In this document: one piece after another, positions 52,376 through 63,199 of the stretch | How positions within the stretch are numbered: the stretch's first letter is position 1 | Layout of the letters: every line of letters begins with the position of its first letter | Assembly (NCBI GenBank): GCA_963726455.1 | Contig: CAVSCK010000003.1 | Coordinates: 320,001-384,000, forward strand | Reading direction: 5' to 3' | Length of the DNA stretch: 64,000 nt | From: an uncultured bacterium | Lineage (GTDB): Bacteria; Zixibacteria; MSB-5A5; CAIYYT01 | The notes under the pieces: generated by a model | What the model was told of the DNA's origin: nothing | The model's database searches: none | The model's input: only the letters and a program-made list of their open reading frames with translations | Made by a program: the position numbers and the translations under genes

Positions 52376-54529
52376 TCACTTGCGCACGACAAATAACTTT
52401 CCGGTATGACGGCTCTTATCTTCGGCGATGATGTGATAAATATAAACTCCGGAAGCCACGAGAGCACCCGCATCATTGCGGCCATCCCACCCCCGGTCGA
52501 CATCCGTAATCCGTATCAGTTCGCCGGCCACGTTGTAGATTCGCACCTCGGCGCGCTGATTGATCTTGAATTGCAGTGTGGCATTTCCACCGAGTTGAAT
52601 TACGAAAGGATTGGGGTAAGCATAGTTTTGTGCGGCGGAATCGACGGGGCTTAACGAATAATCGAGAATCGACAGGCCGCCGCGCGTGAAGATCAGGAGC
52701 TTGCCGGATTCGTGATCGAATGAAAGACCCTGAATTTCATTGGCGACCAGCTCGGAGTTGTCGGTATTGAAAGCAATCTTCTGCGACTGACCATACGAGA
52801 TGAAGGCCAGTCCGTCGGTGGTGCCGACCCAAAGATTGTTTCTGCTATCGGATGCCAAAGCGCGCACATCAGAGCTGACGCCATCCGGCAATGCCACGAT
52901 GTGGAAGAAATCGATGTCGGCGTCAAAATAGGCAAGCCCGAGAGGTGTGCCGACCCAGAGGCGGTTGTCGCGGTCGAAAATCATGGTGTTGACCGTAGCA
53001 GACGGAAGCAATACGGAGCGGCTATAGTATTTGAGTGTGTCGCCGGAGTGATTAAACGGATCGGCGCCGTAACGGACAAGCATGACACCCTGGCTTTGGG
53101 TGCCGAGGGCAGCCATGCCGATTCCGGCAGCTACGCAAGTGCAGTTGGAGTCGACGACGCCGTCGGAGGCATCGAACCAGGTCCAGAGCGAATCGTGCGG
53201 ATCGAACATGACGAGCGGGCGCATAGGAGACGCCTGATATGACGAAAACCAGATGCGACCGGCTGGGTCGGTGTACATACCGTTGATGACACCGACGCTG
53301 TCCGGATACAGATTCGGACCTTTTAGTTGGGAATTTCCACCGTGGAAGTTGCGGCGGGTGCCAACGGGGAGATACTGCATCGCTCCCCGGGCAAAGGTGC
53401 CGACCCAGAAGGAACCGTCGTCGCCGATGGTGGACGAAATCTTTTCGGCGTCGGGAGCGGTGAGCGTGTCCCAGACATTGTTCTTCATGCGCGCGGGATT
53501 TCCCTGTCGACTGACAGCGTAGAGGTACCCGTCGGGCGTAATGCCGCCGCCGATGAGGTCGTTGCTGGTGGGGCCGGGGACGGGAACGCGGATGTAAGTA
53601 AACTGGCTGTAATGGTAGATGCCGCTTTGAGTCGTCCCGGCAAATGAATACTGCAGGAAGTTCAATTGGTCCGGAGGGAATACATTCAGTTGCTCGACTC
53701 CGATGCGGTCGTCATACACAAGATAGGTCATGTTACTATCGGAGATGACAAGCAGTTGACTCCCGGAAGGAGACAAGCTTCTCACTCGAACACCGGTATC
53801 TCTAACGGTTAGAGCCGTGTCGCCGTCCATCAGATACGAGAACCCGTTCGTTCCCCCAATCCACAAGCGATCGACTATGATGCAGAGATTCGTAAGTGAG
53901 TTCTGATCAGTAGGGATGTTCTTCCACTCGTTGGGATCAAGCAGGAATAGATTAGTGTCGTCGGCATAGGCGAGACCCTCGCCGGTGGCGGCGTAGATTT
54001 TGCCGTTGAAGATCGCCACGTCGTTCACCGGTATTTCGGTGCCGAAGTTGCCGAGGGTGCGGTAGATTTCTTTTACCTCACCGCCGTTGCGGAAGCGGTC
54101 GAACTTGATGACGCCAATACTCGACGCAATCCAGAGATAGCCGGCGGAAGTGTCAGCATGGAATAATTCGACATTGGCGCCGTCGCGGCCGGTGAAGGTG
54201 TAGGTGGTGAAGCTGATATCGCGCAAGTCGAGCCGGTTGAGCACGCCGTCGGCGGAGCCGAAGTAGGCAATTGAGTCGCCGGCGTAGCACGAGAAATTCA
54301 GATCGATACTGCCGAGACCGTCGTTCTTGACATAAGTCACGATCGTATCAAGCGATTGAGTAAACTTCACCAACCCGCCGGTCGTGGTCGCCCAGACAAA
54401 ACCACCGAAGTAGTTTAGAGAAGTGATGGCGTCCTTGTTGGTGTAGGTTTGCCAACTGTACAGTTGCGCCCGGGAGACGTTGCTGACTGTGAGTATGACG
54501 GTGATGATGAGTAGCGCGCGGTTAATCAT
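52376..54529 (-). CDS. PorZ-like beta-propeller protein with a T9SS-type C-terminal domain
   Basis: Signal peptide, WQTY start, repeated DxxNxLWVGTxxGL blades, FNTDNSEL; YAYPNPF..WDGRN..ASGVY..GKLFVVRK CTD. Confidence 0.75.
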   Translation of the reverse strand: MINRALLIITVILTVSNVSRAQLYSWQTYTNKDAITSLNYFGGFVWATTTGGLVKFTQSLDTIVTYVKNDGLGSIDLNFSCYAGDSIAYFGSADGVLNRLDLRDISFTTYTFTGRDGANVELFHADTSAGYLWIASSIGVIKFDRFRNGGEVKEIYRTLGNFGTEIPVNDVAIFNGKIYAATGEGLAYADDTNLFLLDPNEWKNIPTDQNSLTNLCIIVDRLWIGGTNGFSYLMDGDTALTVRDTGVRVRSLSPSGSQLLVISDSNMTYLVYDDRIGVEQLNVFPPDQLNFLQYSFAGTTQSGIYHYSQFTYIRVPVPGPTSNDLIGGGITPDGYLYAVSRQGNPARMKNNVWDTLTAPDAEKISSTIGDDGSFWVGTFARGAMQYLPVGTRRNFHGGNSQLKGPNLYPDSVGVINGMYTDPAGRIWFSSYQASPMRPLVMFDPHDSLWTWFDASDGVVDSNCTCVAAGIGMAALGTQSQGVMLVRYGADPFNHSGDTLKYYSRSVLLPSATVNTMIFDRDNRLWVGTPLGLAYFDADIDFFHIVALPDGVSSDVRALASDSRNNLWVGTTDGLAFISYGQSQKIAFNTDNSELVANEIQGLSFDHESGKLLIFTRGGLSILDYSLSPVDSAAQNYAYPNPFVIQLGGNATLQFKINQRAEVRIYNVAGELIRITDVDRGWDGRNDAGALVASGVYIYHIIAEDKSRHTGKLFVVRK

Positions 54530-56033
54530 GATGCCCTTTCGTGAGCATCAGAATAAACGCAGCTAGCGCGGTAACGGCAAGACAAATCTTCGAGAGGAGC
54601 AGGCCGTAGGTGTCGAACAACGTGGTGCGCGTTTTGTCGCCGATCATGCCTGAGAGTATAGTCGTCTCCCGCAATTTGGTTTTCGCCACGATTCTGCCGT
54701 TGGGATCGATAATTTCACTGACGCCGGTGTTGGCGGAACGCACGATCCAGACACGATTTTCGACGGCGCGGAAGATCGGAATGGCGGCGTGCTGATAAGG
54801 ACCGGCGGTAGGCCCGAACCAGTCATCATTGGTGATGGAGGTCAGGAAATTCGCACCGGAGTTGACCATTTCGCGGACATACTCGGGATATACAGTCTCA
54901 AAGCAGATCAGCACACCGAAACGGTGACCGTGGGAGGTAAACGTGACCAGCGAATCGCCCGGCTCAAAGTCGGAGATATCGAGGTTGAGTTTGTTCTTGA
55001 CGAATTCGCGGAACGACGCCAGGAAGCCAATTTTGTCGGCGTATGGCATGAGTTCGCCGAATGGCACGAGGATGTGCTTGTTGTAAGGCACCTTGTTCAT
55101 GCCTTGCGGAGTGAACATGAAGGCAGAGTTGTAGAAGTGTTTCTTGAAATCCTCGGTGCGGACCAGATGCAAAGCGCCGACGAGCATATCGACGCTGTCG
55201 CGTTTGGCAATTTCCTCCAGCCAGGTGATATAATTGTCCTCGTAGTACAAATATGCCGGAACCGCTGATTCCGGCCAGATGAACAGCTTGGCGGAATCGG
55301 CAGCAGCAGCAGCCGCGAGACGTTGATAATCCATAAAGCTGCGGTCAAGCCCACCTGGCTGCCACTTCTGGCTGATCGGAACATTGCCCTGCAAGGCGGC
55401 AACTTTGAAATCGCCGGTGACCGGCTCGACGCGCGTCGCGCCCCAGAGATACGCTCCAGCATAAACCACCAGTGCTATCGCAAAGACTATCGAGGAGCGG
55501 AGTGGATGATGAACATTGCGATAGCCGAGATAGAGCAGGATGCCAATGACAACGACGAAGAAGCTGACAACGGCGTCGCCACTAAGTTCGGAAAGCTGGA
55601 CAATCGGCAGATTAGCTGCCTGGGTGTACGACAGGTTAAGCCACGGAAAAGAGACCTCGGTCAGCGAGCGAAGATATTCGACGGCGACCCAGACGAACGG
55701 CAGCAGAATCAGGCCGCGGGTACCGTAGCGGCGTGTTGACGCGGCCAGGAGTCCGGCGATGACGGCGTAGTAAATCGCGTGCACGACAATCAGCAGGATC
55801 ACGCCGGTGATGGTGACATAGACGACCCAGTAGAGGGTCAGAAATGAGATCACCATTCCGAACATGTAGCCGCTGCGAAGGCCTTCCTTGAAAGTGAGCC
55901 CGCGCGTGGCGGCGATGAAGATCGGAACAAAGAAGTAGGCCAGAAACCAGAACGGCAGCGGCTCGAATGATAGACTGAAAAAGATGGCGGCAACCAGAAG
56001 AGCGAACCAGCGCTGCGGAAGCTTGAATCGCAT
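54522..56033 (-). CDS. lnt: Apolipoprotein N-acyltransferase
   Basis: WPESA, YNKHILVPFGE, ICFE, TNDDWF, RSANTG. Confidence 0.95.
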   Translation of the reverse strand: MRFKLPQRWFALLVAAIFFSLSFEPLPFWFLAYFFVPIFIAATRGLTFKEGLRSGYMFGMVISFLTLYWVVYVTITGVILLIVVHAIYYAVIAGLLAASTRRYGTRGLILLPFVWVAVEYLRSLTEVSFPWLNLSYTQAANLPIVQLSELSGDAVVSFFVVVIGILLYLGYRNVHHPLRSSIVFAIALVVYAGAYLWGATRVEPVTGDFKVAALQGNVPISQKWQPGGLDRSFMDYQRLAAAAAADSAKLFIWPESAVPAYLYYEDNYITWLEEIAKRDSVDMLVGALHLVRTEDFKKHFYNSAFMFTPQGMNKVPYNKHILVPFGELMPYADKIGFLASFREFVKNKLNLDISDFEPGDSLVTFTSHGHRFGVLICFETVYPEYVREMVNSGANFLTSITNDDWFGPTAGPYQHAAIPIFRAVENRVWIVRSANTGVSEIIDPNGRIVAKTKLRETTILSGMIGDKTRTTLFDTYGLLLSKICLAVTALAAFILMLTKGHHD

Positions 56034-56053
56034 TGAGGACGTTCGCGGTTCCG

Positions 56054-57570
56054 TTACAGGAACAGCGACCTGCCGGTCATTTCGGGTGGCACGTTCATTT
56101 TGAGTAACTGTAACATCGTGGGGGCAATATCGGCTAATATTCCACCGGAACGCAAGCGAGGTTTAACGGACTGGTCATAAAAAAGCAGCGGCACCGGATT
56201 GGTCGTATGTGCCGTGAACGGTTTGCCGGTCTGCTTGTCGATCATGGTTTCGGCGTTGCCATGGTCTGCGGTGATAATGGCGCTGCCGCCGAGTTCCTCG
56301 ACTGCTGCCAGCACCTGGCCGACTCCGGAATCGACAGCTTCGATGGCTCTGACTGCGGCCGGAATTATGCCGGTGTGGCCGACCATGTCGGGATTGGCAA
56401 AGTTCAATACGACAACATCAAATTTCCGTGAGCGAATATGCTGCGCGCACTTGGCGGCAACTTCGGGCTCGGACATTTCGGGCTGCAGGTCGTAGGTGGC
56501 AACCTTGGGAGAATGAATCATCTCACGAGATTCGCCGGGGAATGGGATTTCCTCGCCGCCGTTGAAGAAGTAGGTCACGTGAGGATATTTCTCCGTCTCG
56601 GCGATTTTCAAGTACTTCTTCCCTGCTTCAGAGAGAAGCTCGACCAGAATTCGACTCGGTTTGTGATATGGGAAAGCGACGGGAAAATCGAACTTCTCGT
56701 CATACAGAGTCAACGAGACAAGATTGACGTCGGGACCTTCGGGATGTGGGAAGGCCGACTCAGTATGTTTATACAGGATCGACGAAAGCTGGCGAACGCG
56801 ATCGGCGCGGAAATTGAAGAACAGGCAGAGATCGCCGCTCGTGATGCTGAAGGGATGAACCGTGTCGATGACAACCGGCTCGATGAATTCGTCGGTGACG
56901 CCTTTGGCGTAAGAGTCTTCTACGGCCTTAACGGGGTCGCTTGCGTGAACGCCAATGCGTTTGACGATGGCGTTGTAGGCCTTTTCGACGCGATCCCAGC
57001 GTTTGTCACGATCCATGCCCCAGTATCGTCCCATCACCGTCGCGACTTCGCCGAGGCCGGCTGACGCAAATTTGGTAACGCGCTGTTTCATGAAGCCAGC
57101 ACCGGAGGTTGGTGAAGTGTCGCGGCCATCCATGAAGGCATGCAGGAAACAGCTTCTGCACTTTCTCCTTCTTCGCCATATCGATCAAGCGCATCGAGAT
57201 GCTTGAGCGATGAATGGACACCGCCGTCGGAGACCAGGCCGAACAGATGCACGGCATTGCCTGATTTGGAGGCGTTGTCGAAAGCGGTTTTGAGCACGGT
57301 GTTGGTGAAGAAGTCGCCGTCGTCGATAGCTTTGTCGATACGGGTTATTTCCTGATAGATTACGCGCCCGGCGCCGATGTTGAGGTGGCCGACCTCGGAG
57401 TTGCCCATTTGACCAACGGGAAGTCCAACTGATAAACCGGAGGCGCCGATTTGCGTGTGCGGATAGGAAGCAAAGAGTTTGTCGAGGTTTGGCTTTCTTG
57501 CAAGTGAGATGGCGTTACCCGGACCGGGGGCATCAATTCCGTAGCCATCCAAGATCATCAGCAGCAGCAT
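56054..57570 (-). CDS. gpmI: Cofactor-independent phosphoglycerate mutase (frameshifted near 57140-57190)
   Basis: ILDGYG, GNSEVGH, FRADR, NPDMVGH, TADHGN. Confidence 0.95.
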
Positions 57571-57577
57571 TGGGTCC

Positions 57578-58615
57578 CTATTGTAAATCGACTTTGCGTT
57601 CGCCCTTGACGACTTCGCCTATTATATACGCGTTGAGGTGCATTCTCTTGAGCAGCGCCATGGCTTTGTCGGCCTGTTTTGGGTCGACGACTGCCGTCAT
57701 GCCGATGCCCATGTTGAAGGTTTGATACATGACGCCATCGGCGACACTGCCGTTCTTCTGGATGAAGTGATAGAGAGCCGGAATCGGCCAGCCCGATTTT
57801 TCAATTACGGCGCGGCAACCTTTGGGCAGAATTCGCACCAGGTTGCCCGGAATACCGCCACCGGTGATATGAGCGAGGCCGTGAATGGCCACGGATTCTC
57901 TCAACTTCATGATCGGTTTGAGATAGCTACGGTGGACCGCCATCAATGCTTCGGCAACTGTGCAGCCAAGGTCGTCGATGCGTTGGTCGGGCTGAAGTTG
58001 CAGTTCGTCAAAAAATAATTTGCGCGCCAGCGAGAAGCCGTTCGTGTGCAAGCCGGTTGAAGCCATGCCGATCACGACGTCGCCAAGTTTGATCTTCTTG
58101 CCGTCGATGATCTGTTTCTGATCGACCACGCCGACGATAAATCCCGCGAGGTCATATTCGCCGGGCTGATACAGCGCCGGCATTTCGGCAGTCTCGCCAC
58201 CGATCAACGCACAACCGTTTTCCTTGCAGGCCTTGACCATGCCGGAAACGACGTCGGCAACCACGTCAGGTTCAAGCTTGCCGGTGGCATAGTAGTCGAG
58301 GAAGAACAGCGGGCGTGCGCCGTGAACGAGAATGTCATCGACGCAGTGATTGACGATGTCCTGTCCGACGGTCGTATGAATGCCGGTCATAAATGCAAGC
58401 TTGACCTTGGTGCCAACCGAGTCAGTTGAAGAAATCAACACCGGCTGACGCATACCGGGAAATTTGCCGGAATAGAAGCCGCCAAACAGGCCGACTTCGT
58501 TGAGGACATTCTTGTTGTAGGTTTGCTTTACGAGCTTCTTGATACGGGAGGCAGCTTCATCACCTTTGGCAATATCCACCCCCGCGTCTTTGTAGGTTAG
58601 TGATTTTGAACTCAC
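57578..58615 (-). CDS. purM: AIR synthetase
   Basis: YKDAGVDI, GGETAEMP, GLHTNGFSL, HITGGG, FNMGIG. Confidence 0.97.
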   Translation of the reverse strand: MSSKSLTYKDAGVDIAKGDEAASRIKKLVKQTYNKNVLNEVGLFGGFYSGKFPGMRQPVLISSTDSVGTKVKLAFMTGIHTTVGQDIVNHCVDDILVHGARPLFFLDYYATGKLEPDVVADVVSGMVKACKENGCALIGGETAEMPALYQPGEYDLAGFIVGVVDQKQIIDGKKIKLGDVVIGMASTGLHTNGFSLARKLFFDELQLQPDQRIDDLGCTVAEALMAVHRSYLKPIMKLRESVAIHGLAHITGGGIPGNLVRILPKGCRAVIEKSGWPIPALYHFIQKNGSVADGVMYQTFNMGIGMTAVVDPKQADKAMALLKRMHLNAYIIGEVVKGERKVDLQ

Positions 58616-59298
58616 AGAAGTTTATATCCGTTTATATCAAGTTCGAATCTCATTTTCAGGTAAACCGCTGCGGCGCGGCAAAGCGACATACGCGAAAGGA
58701 ATATTTCGAAGTACTCCATCACGGACGCGATGGAATCATCAATTTTGATTTCCAGGGCGATGGTTTGTTTCTCCGGATCGACGCGCAGAGAACGAGGATT
58801 TGGCGGCGTAGTTGACGCGGTCATGAATATCGGAAGTCAATTGCTGCAAGGTACGCACGCGCGAGGAATGCACGTCTGATTTGTCGGCAAGGATAACGGC
58901 GGCGGCAATATCGGATACGGGCTGAGTGTCCATATCGTCATGATTGCCGATGGCGGCGGCGACGTCAATCGCCTCGTCGACGGCATACCGATTTGGCTGA
59001 GCAGGTTGTACGCCAATAACGCGCCGGTTTGAGCGTGAAATCTGCGATTGATAGCATTGCCAATGTCATGCATATAGGCCGCGATAGCTGCCAGTTCGCA
59101 CAGCCGTTCGCTGCGTCCGGTGCGTTCGAGAATGTTGAAGGCGATCTTGGAAGTCAGGCGGCAGTGGCGCTGCCCGTGTTCGGTATAGCCCACCTGGCCG
59201 AGATAGAAATCGGCCTTGGCGATCCAGGCGTTGATTTCTTCAGTGTGCATCACCTGATCTATGGTAACTGATTTCGGACGCGTTATTGTCTTCTCCAT
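58612..59298 (-). CDS. HD-superfamily phosphohydrolase (two frameshifts)
   Basis: GYTEHG, MHDIGN, IGNHD, LADKSDVH, IHDRVNYA and YFEIFLSRM, spread over three frames. Confidence 0.85.
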
Positions 59299-59326
59299 GC
59301 TCGATGTCCTCACTGACAGGATGTGG

Positions 59327-59354
59327 AAGTTAACGATAACCCTGATGTTGTCAA
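59327..59354 (-). promoter_or_regulatory. Putative sigma70 promoter of the HD-purM-gpmI operon
   Basis: Minus strand TTGACA-16 bp-TAACTT. Confidence 0.45.
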
Positions 59355-59366
59355 GGCAGAATCTCC

Positions 59367-61772
59367 TTACATCATATCGACCGCGTCGACATCGACTATT
59401 ACGTTGAGTTTCGCAGATCGTTGGAATTCCTTTGTGGAAAGCACTTCGTGCATAAACGACAGGGTCATCTTGACGCGCGTGGTCTTGAGCAGCAGGTGAA
59501 AACGGAACAGATTCCGGCGTTTGAACATCGGCGCCGCGATCGGGCCTTTGAGGTGGTACAAGCGCCGGTCGAACTTTGCCAGTTGCTGACGGAGGTTTTT
59601 GGAGGTGGTTTCGGCGAGCGAAGCGTCGGGAGACTGGACCTCGATTAATATCAGATGGGCAAACGGCGGGAAATGGAGGTCGCGCCGTTCGGCGATCTCG
59701 CGGTTGTAGAAACCAAGATAGTTGTGCTCGGTAGCCAGTGAAATGATTGTGTCCTCGGGATGCAGGGTCTGGAGGAGCACTTCGCCGGCGAAATTGAGGC
59801 GCCCGGCCCTGCCGGAAACCTGCGTGAGAAGTTGGAAGGCACGTTCGCGCACGCGAAAGTCGGGAAACTCGAGGGCAGTATCGGCGGAGATCACACCGAC
59901 CAGGGCAACATCGGGGAAATCAAAGCCCTTGGAGATCATCTGGGTGCCGATTAGAATCTGCGCGGTGCCCGACTTGAAACGATGGTAAAGATCGGCAAAG
60001 CTACCCTTGGTGCGTGTCGAATCCAGATCCATGCGAATTGCGGCTGAGTCAGGAAAACGGCGGCGAACTTCCTCCTCGAGCTTTTCAGTGCCAACGCCTT
60101 TGTAGAGAAACAGGTTGCTGCCACAAGTGGGACATTTCTCGGGATAGGGTTCGTCATAGCCGCACAGATGGCAGATCAGGCGGTGCTTGCCCTTGTGGTA
60201 GACCAGCGCTACAGCGCAGTTCTGGCAGGTTATTTTGGCGCCACAATCAAAGCAGTGAACGGACGGAGCGAAACCGCGACGGTTCAGCAGGAGCATGACC
60301 TGCCCACTCGCCGCGAGCGTGAATTGCATTCGCTTGACCAGCGGATCGGAAAGATACGCAAAACCGCGCTTCTTAAACTGCTCGCGCAGATCGACCGTGG
60401 TGACCTGCGGCATGAGCCGTTGATCGATGCGATAGGGCAATTCCAGAAGACGGTACTTGCCGGTGGCGGCGTTGTAATAGCTTTCAATTGAAGGTGTGGC
60501 TGAGCCGAGCACGACGGTGCAGTCTTCCTGCTGGGCGCGGAAGACGGCTAAGTCGCGGCCGTGGTAACGAGGCGCCGGCGAGGATTGTTTAAGCGACTGA
60601 TCATGTTCTTCATCCACGACAATCAGTCCAAGGTTTTGGAGCGGCGAGAAAATAGCGGAGCGGGGTCCGAGGATGATCTTGATTTCGCCCGATTTCGCTT
60701 TCTGCCAGATATCGAAGCGTGCCTTGCCGGTCAGGCGGGAATGAATCAGCGCGAGTTGGTTGCCGAAAACGGATTCGAGCCGATAATAAATGGCCTGCGA
60801 CAGGCCGATTTCGGGCACCATCACGATAGCCGATTTGTTGTGGCTGACGGCGTGTTGAATAGCTCGGATGTAAACTTCGGTCTTGCCGGAGCCGGTAACA
60901 CCATGGAGCAGGAACGGCGTGTAGGTCGCAGCGGTGATCGAATCGATCAGCGATTGGACGGCGATTTGCTGAGGTTCGTTCAGGGCAATGCTTTGCGGAA
61001 CAATCTTTCGCGGCTCGTCGACAAACGGAGGTTTTTCGACCAGCTCGACGAGTCCGGCTTTCGTCAACTTGGTGACGAGAGCACGGGAAACCTTCATCTC
61101 GCGGCGAAGTAATTCGAAATCAGCGCCTCCCCTATCGGCAAGATAGGTGAGCAGGGATTTCTCGCGAACGCCAAGACGTTTCGGTTCGGGAGCGCCTGCG
61201 ATCAGTCGAACTTCGTATTCCTGATCAGCGCTCCGCTCCTCTTTGAGCTGCCAATGGAAACTGATGACGCCTTGATCGCGATATGTCTTCAGCTTCTCTG
61301 CGGAAATACCGGCCGCTCGTTGCGAAGATATCGAAGTGCGTTTTCCCAGAAGGGCGAGCAGCTTGACCGCTGCTCTGTCGCCGGATTCGGCGAGTTGTTG
61401 CAGAAGCTCCCGCGAGAGCAGTTCTAGCGACTGATTCAGGCGCGCGGTCAGTGCCTGGGGCAGGTACGCCTTGATGGTTTCATTCAGCGAGGCGAAGTAA
61501 TATTCGGCGACAAAACGGCAAAGTTGCAGTTCCGCTTCGGTCATAACCGGCTGGAGATCGGGAAAGGAATCGATTGACTTCGTTTCGCCCGCGAAGGAGA
61601 CATCCAGCGCGGTAATGATTCCAAGCTGTTTGCGCCGTCCGACGGGCACGACGACTCGGCGACCGACGAGTTCAGCGTCGCCGAGGTCACGTGAGACGCT
61701 ATAAGTCAGCGGCTTCTTTAGCGAGGCAAACAGGCAAACCTCCACCAGGCGGATGTCAGCAGAATTTGTCAC
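59367..61772 (-). CDS. priA: Primosomal protein N' (replication restart helicase)
   Basis: GVTGSGKTEVY, VDEEHD, GSATP, four CxxC pairs, QVSGRAGR. Confidence 0.97.
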   Translation of the reverse strand: MTNSADIRLVEVCLFASLKKPLTYSVSRDLGDAELVGRRVVVPVGRRKQLGIITALDVSFAGETKSIDSFPDLQPVMTEAELQLCRFVAEYYFASLNETIKAYLPQALTARLNQSLELLSRELLQQLAESGDRAAVKLLALLGKRTSISSQRAAGISAEKLKTYRDQGVISFHWQLKEERSADQEYEVRLIAGAPEPKRLGVREKSLLTYLADRGGADFELLRREMKVSRALVTKLTKAGLVELVEKPPFVDEPRKIVPQSIALNEPQQIAVQSLIDSITAATYTPFLLHGVTGSGKTEVYIRAIQHAVSHNKSAIVMVPEIGLSQAIYYRLESVFGNQLALIHSRLTGKARFDIWQKAKSGEIKIILGPRSAIFSPLQNLGLIVVDEEHDQSLKQSSPAPRYHGRDLAVFRAQQEDCTVVLGSATPSIESYYNAATGKYRLLELPYRIDQRLMPQVTTVDLREQFKKRGFAYLSDPLVKRMQFTLAASGQVMLLLNRRGFAPSVHCFDCGAKITCQNCAVALVYHKGKHRLICHLCGYDEPYPEKCPTCGSNLFLYKGVGTEKLEEEVRRRFPDSAAIRMDLDSTRTKGSFADLYHRFKSGTAQILIGTQMISKGFDFPDVALVGVISADTALEFPDFRVRERAFQLLTQVSGRAGRLNFAGEVLLQTLHPEDTIISLATEHNYLGFYNREIAERRDLHFPPFAHLILIEVQSPDASLAETTSKNLRQQLAKFDRRLYHLKGPIAAPMFKRRNLFRFHLLLKTTRVKMTLSFMHEVLSTKEFQRSAKLNVIVDVDAVDMM

Positions 61773-61806
61773 CGCCTATACTAACGCCTGTGGGGAGTGA
61801 TTACGC

Positions 61807-61835
61807 AAAAAAAAGGAGCGTACGAACGCTCCTTT
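61807..61835 (-). terminator. Intrinsic terminator of the TPR gene
   Basis: The minus strand reads GGAGCGT-TCGT-ACGCTCC followed by T8. Confidence 0.8.
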
Positions 61836-61856
61836 GTCTCCGAATTTCATCAGATC

Positions 61857-63116
61857 CTATTTCTTTTCGCACTTGGCGTTGGCCTCTTCGTAGGCCTTGG
61901 TATCTTTCAACTTGGCATACACCAGCGCCAGCTGGCACCAACAATCCTTGTTGTCGGGCTTTTCTTCGACGCACTTTGTGTAGGCCTCCTTGGCTTCACC
62001 CAGTTTATCGGTCAGCAGTGCGGCGTAACCATACCAGTTCCAATACTCGGGCTCTGTCTTAATGGCCTCGGCAGCGAACTTGAAATCGGGCAGCGCTCGC
62101 TGATAGAACCCGAGCCGGTACGCCACCAGGTTGGCACGAGCTTGTTCAAGCGCCTTATCGTTCGGGCGCAGGTTAATGAGACTATCGAGTGTCCTCGCTG
62201 AATCGGCAATGGATTTCCCGGCGGCTTTGCGCACTATGAGAACGCCGCGCTGATAGTGAATCTCGGCGTTCTGTGGATTGGCTTCGAGAATTCGGTCCAG
62301 TACCTTCTCGAGTTTGTCCTCTTCCTTGAGTGCCTGATAGCACATGGCCTCGTTAATCAGCGCCGCCTCACGATTCAGGGTGTCCGCCACCGCGAAGGCA
62401 TCATAATACACGGCCGCAGAATCGTACTGCTGCAGCGAAAAGTAGGTGGTACCCAGCGTAAAGAGTATTTGCTGATCCTTGGGGTTTAGCTGGTGAGATT
62501 TGGCATACATTTCCAGCGCTTTCTGGGTGTTGCCCTTCTTGGTTTCCACCAGCCCCAAATTGGTGTAGACAAACGCCACCGTGTCATCGATCTGCAGGCA
62601 ATCGCTAAACAAGCTCTCTGCCTTGTCAAATAACGCTTGTGCATTCTTTTGCTTAAGCGCTTTGGCGCTATCGTCAGGCATGGACGAGGCTTCATTGGAC
62701 AAGGAGTCTGCTATCTTCAGTTGCGCGACCCCCTCATCGAAACTTTTCTTCAGCGCCGACAAACGCAGATTATTGACCTGCTCGGGCATTTTGTTGGCCT
62801 CGCAGGCCTTGATCAGCTTCTTGTCGCCGGATGCCTTGGCCTTGGCGTAGATTTCCTCATACTTCTTGATGTGAACCATCATTTCCTTGTACTGCGCCTT
62901 GTCGAAATAGATGGTGCTGATGAGCGATTGGGCCTCGGGCTGATCGGGGTAGTTGTTGACCGCCGAATCGAGAAACTGCTTGGCTCGCTCCGAGTCCTTA
63001 GTGCCCATATAGATTTTGGCAGACCGGATCAGAACGTCGTAAGGCGCCGACTTCTGCTGGGCGTAAGCCACAGCCGCGAAAGAGATTACGAACAGGATGA
63101 TTGCTATTTTTTTCAT
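61857..63116 (-). CDS. Exported tetratricopeptide repeat protein
   Basis: Signal peptide; repeated TPR helices (YTNLG..KALEMY, LFTLG..YDSA). Confidence 0.85.
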   Translation of the reverse strand: MKKIAIILFVISFAAVAYAQQKSAPYDVLIRSAKIYMGTKDSERAKQFLDSAVNNYPDQPEAQSLISTIYFDKAQYKEMMVHIKKYEEIYAKAKASGDKKLIKACEANKMPEQVNNLRLSALKKSFDEGVAQLKIADSLSNEASSMPDDSAKALKQKNAQALFDKAESLFSDCLQIDDTVAFVYTNLGLVETKKGNTQKALEMYAKSHQLNPKDQQILFTLGTTYFSLQQYDSAAVYYDAFAVADTLNREAALINEAMCYQALKEEDKLEKVLDRILEANPQNAEIHYQRGVLIVRKAAGKSIADSARTLDSLINLRPNDKALEQARANLVAYRLGFYQRALPDFKFAAEAIKTEPEYWNWYGYAALLTDKLGEAKEAYTKCVEEKPDNKDCWCQLALVYAKLKDTKAYEEANAKCEKK

Positions 63117-63199
63117 CGGAAAACCTTCCTCTTAAGTGAACGCATTCACAAATTCAGCGCCTAAACTAATAAACTGCCAATTCCAAGTCAAAGAAAATG

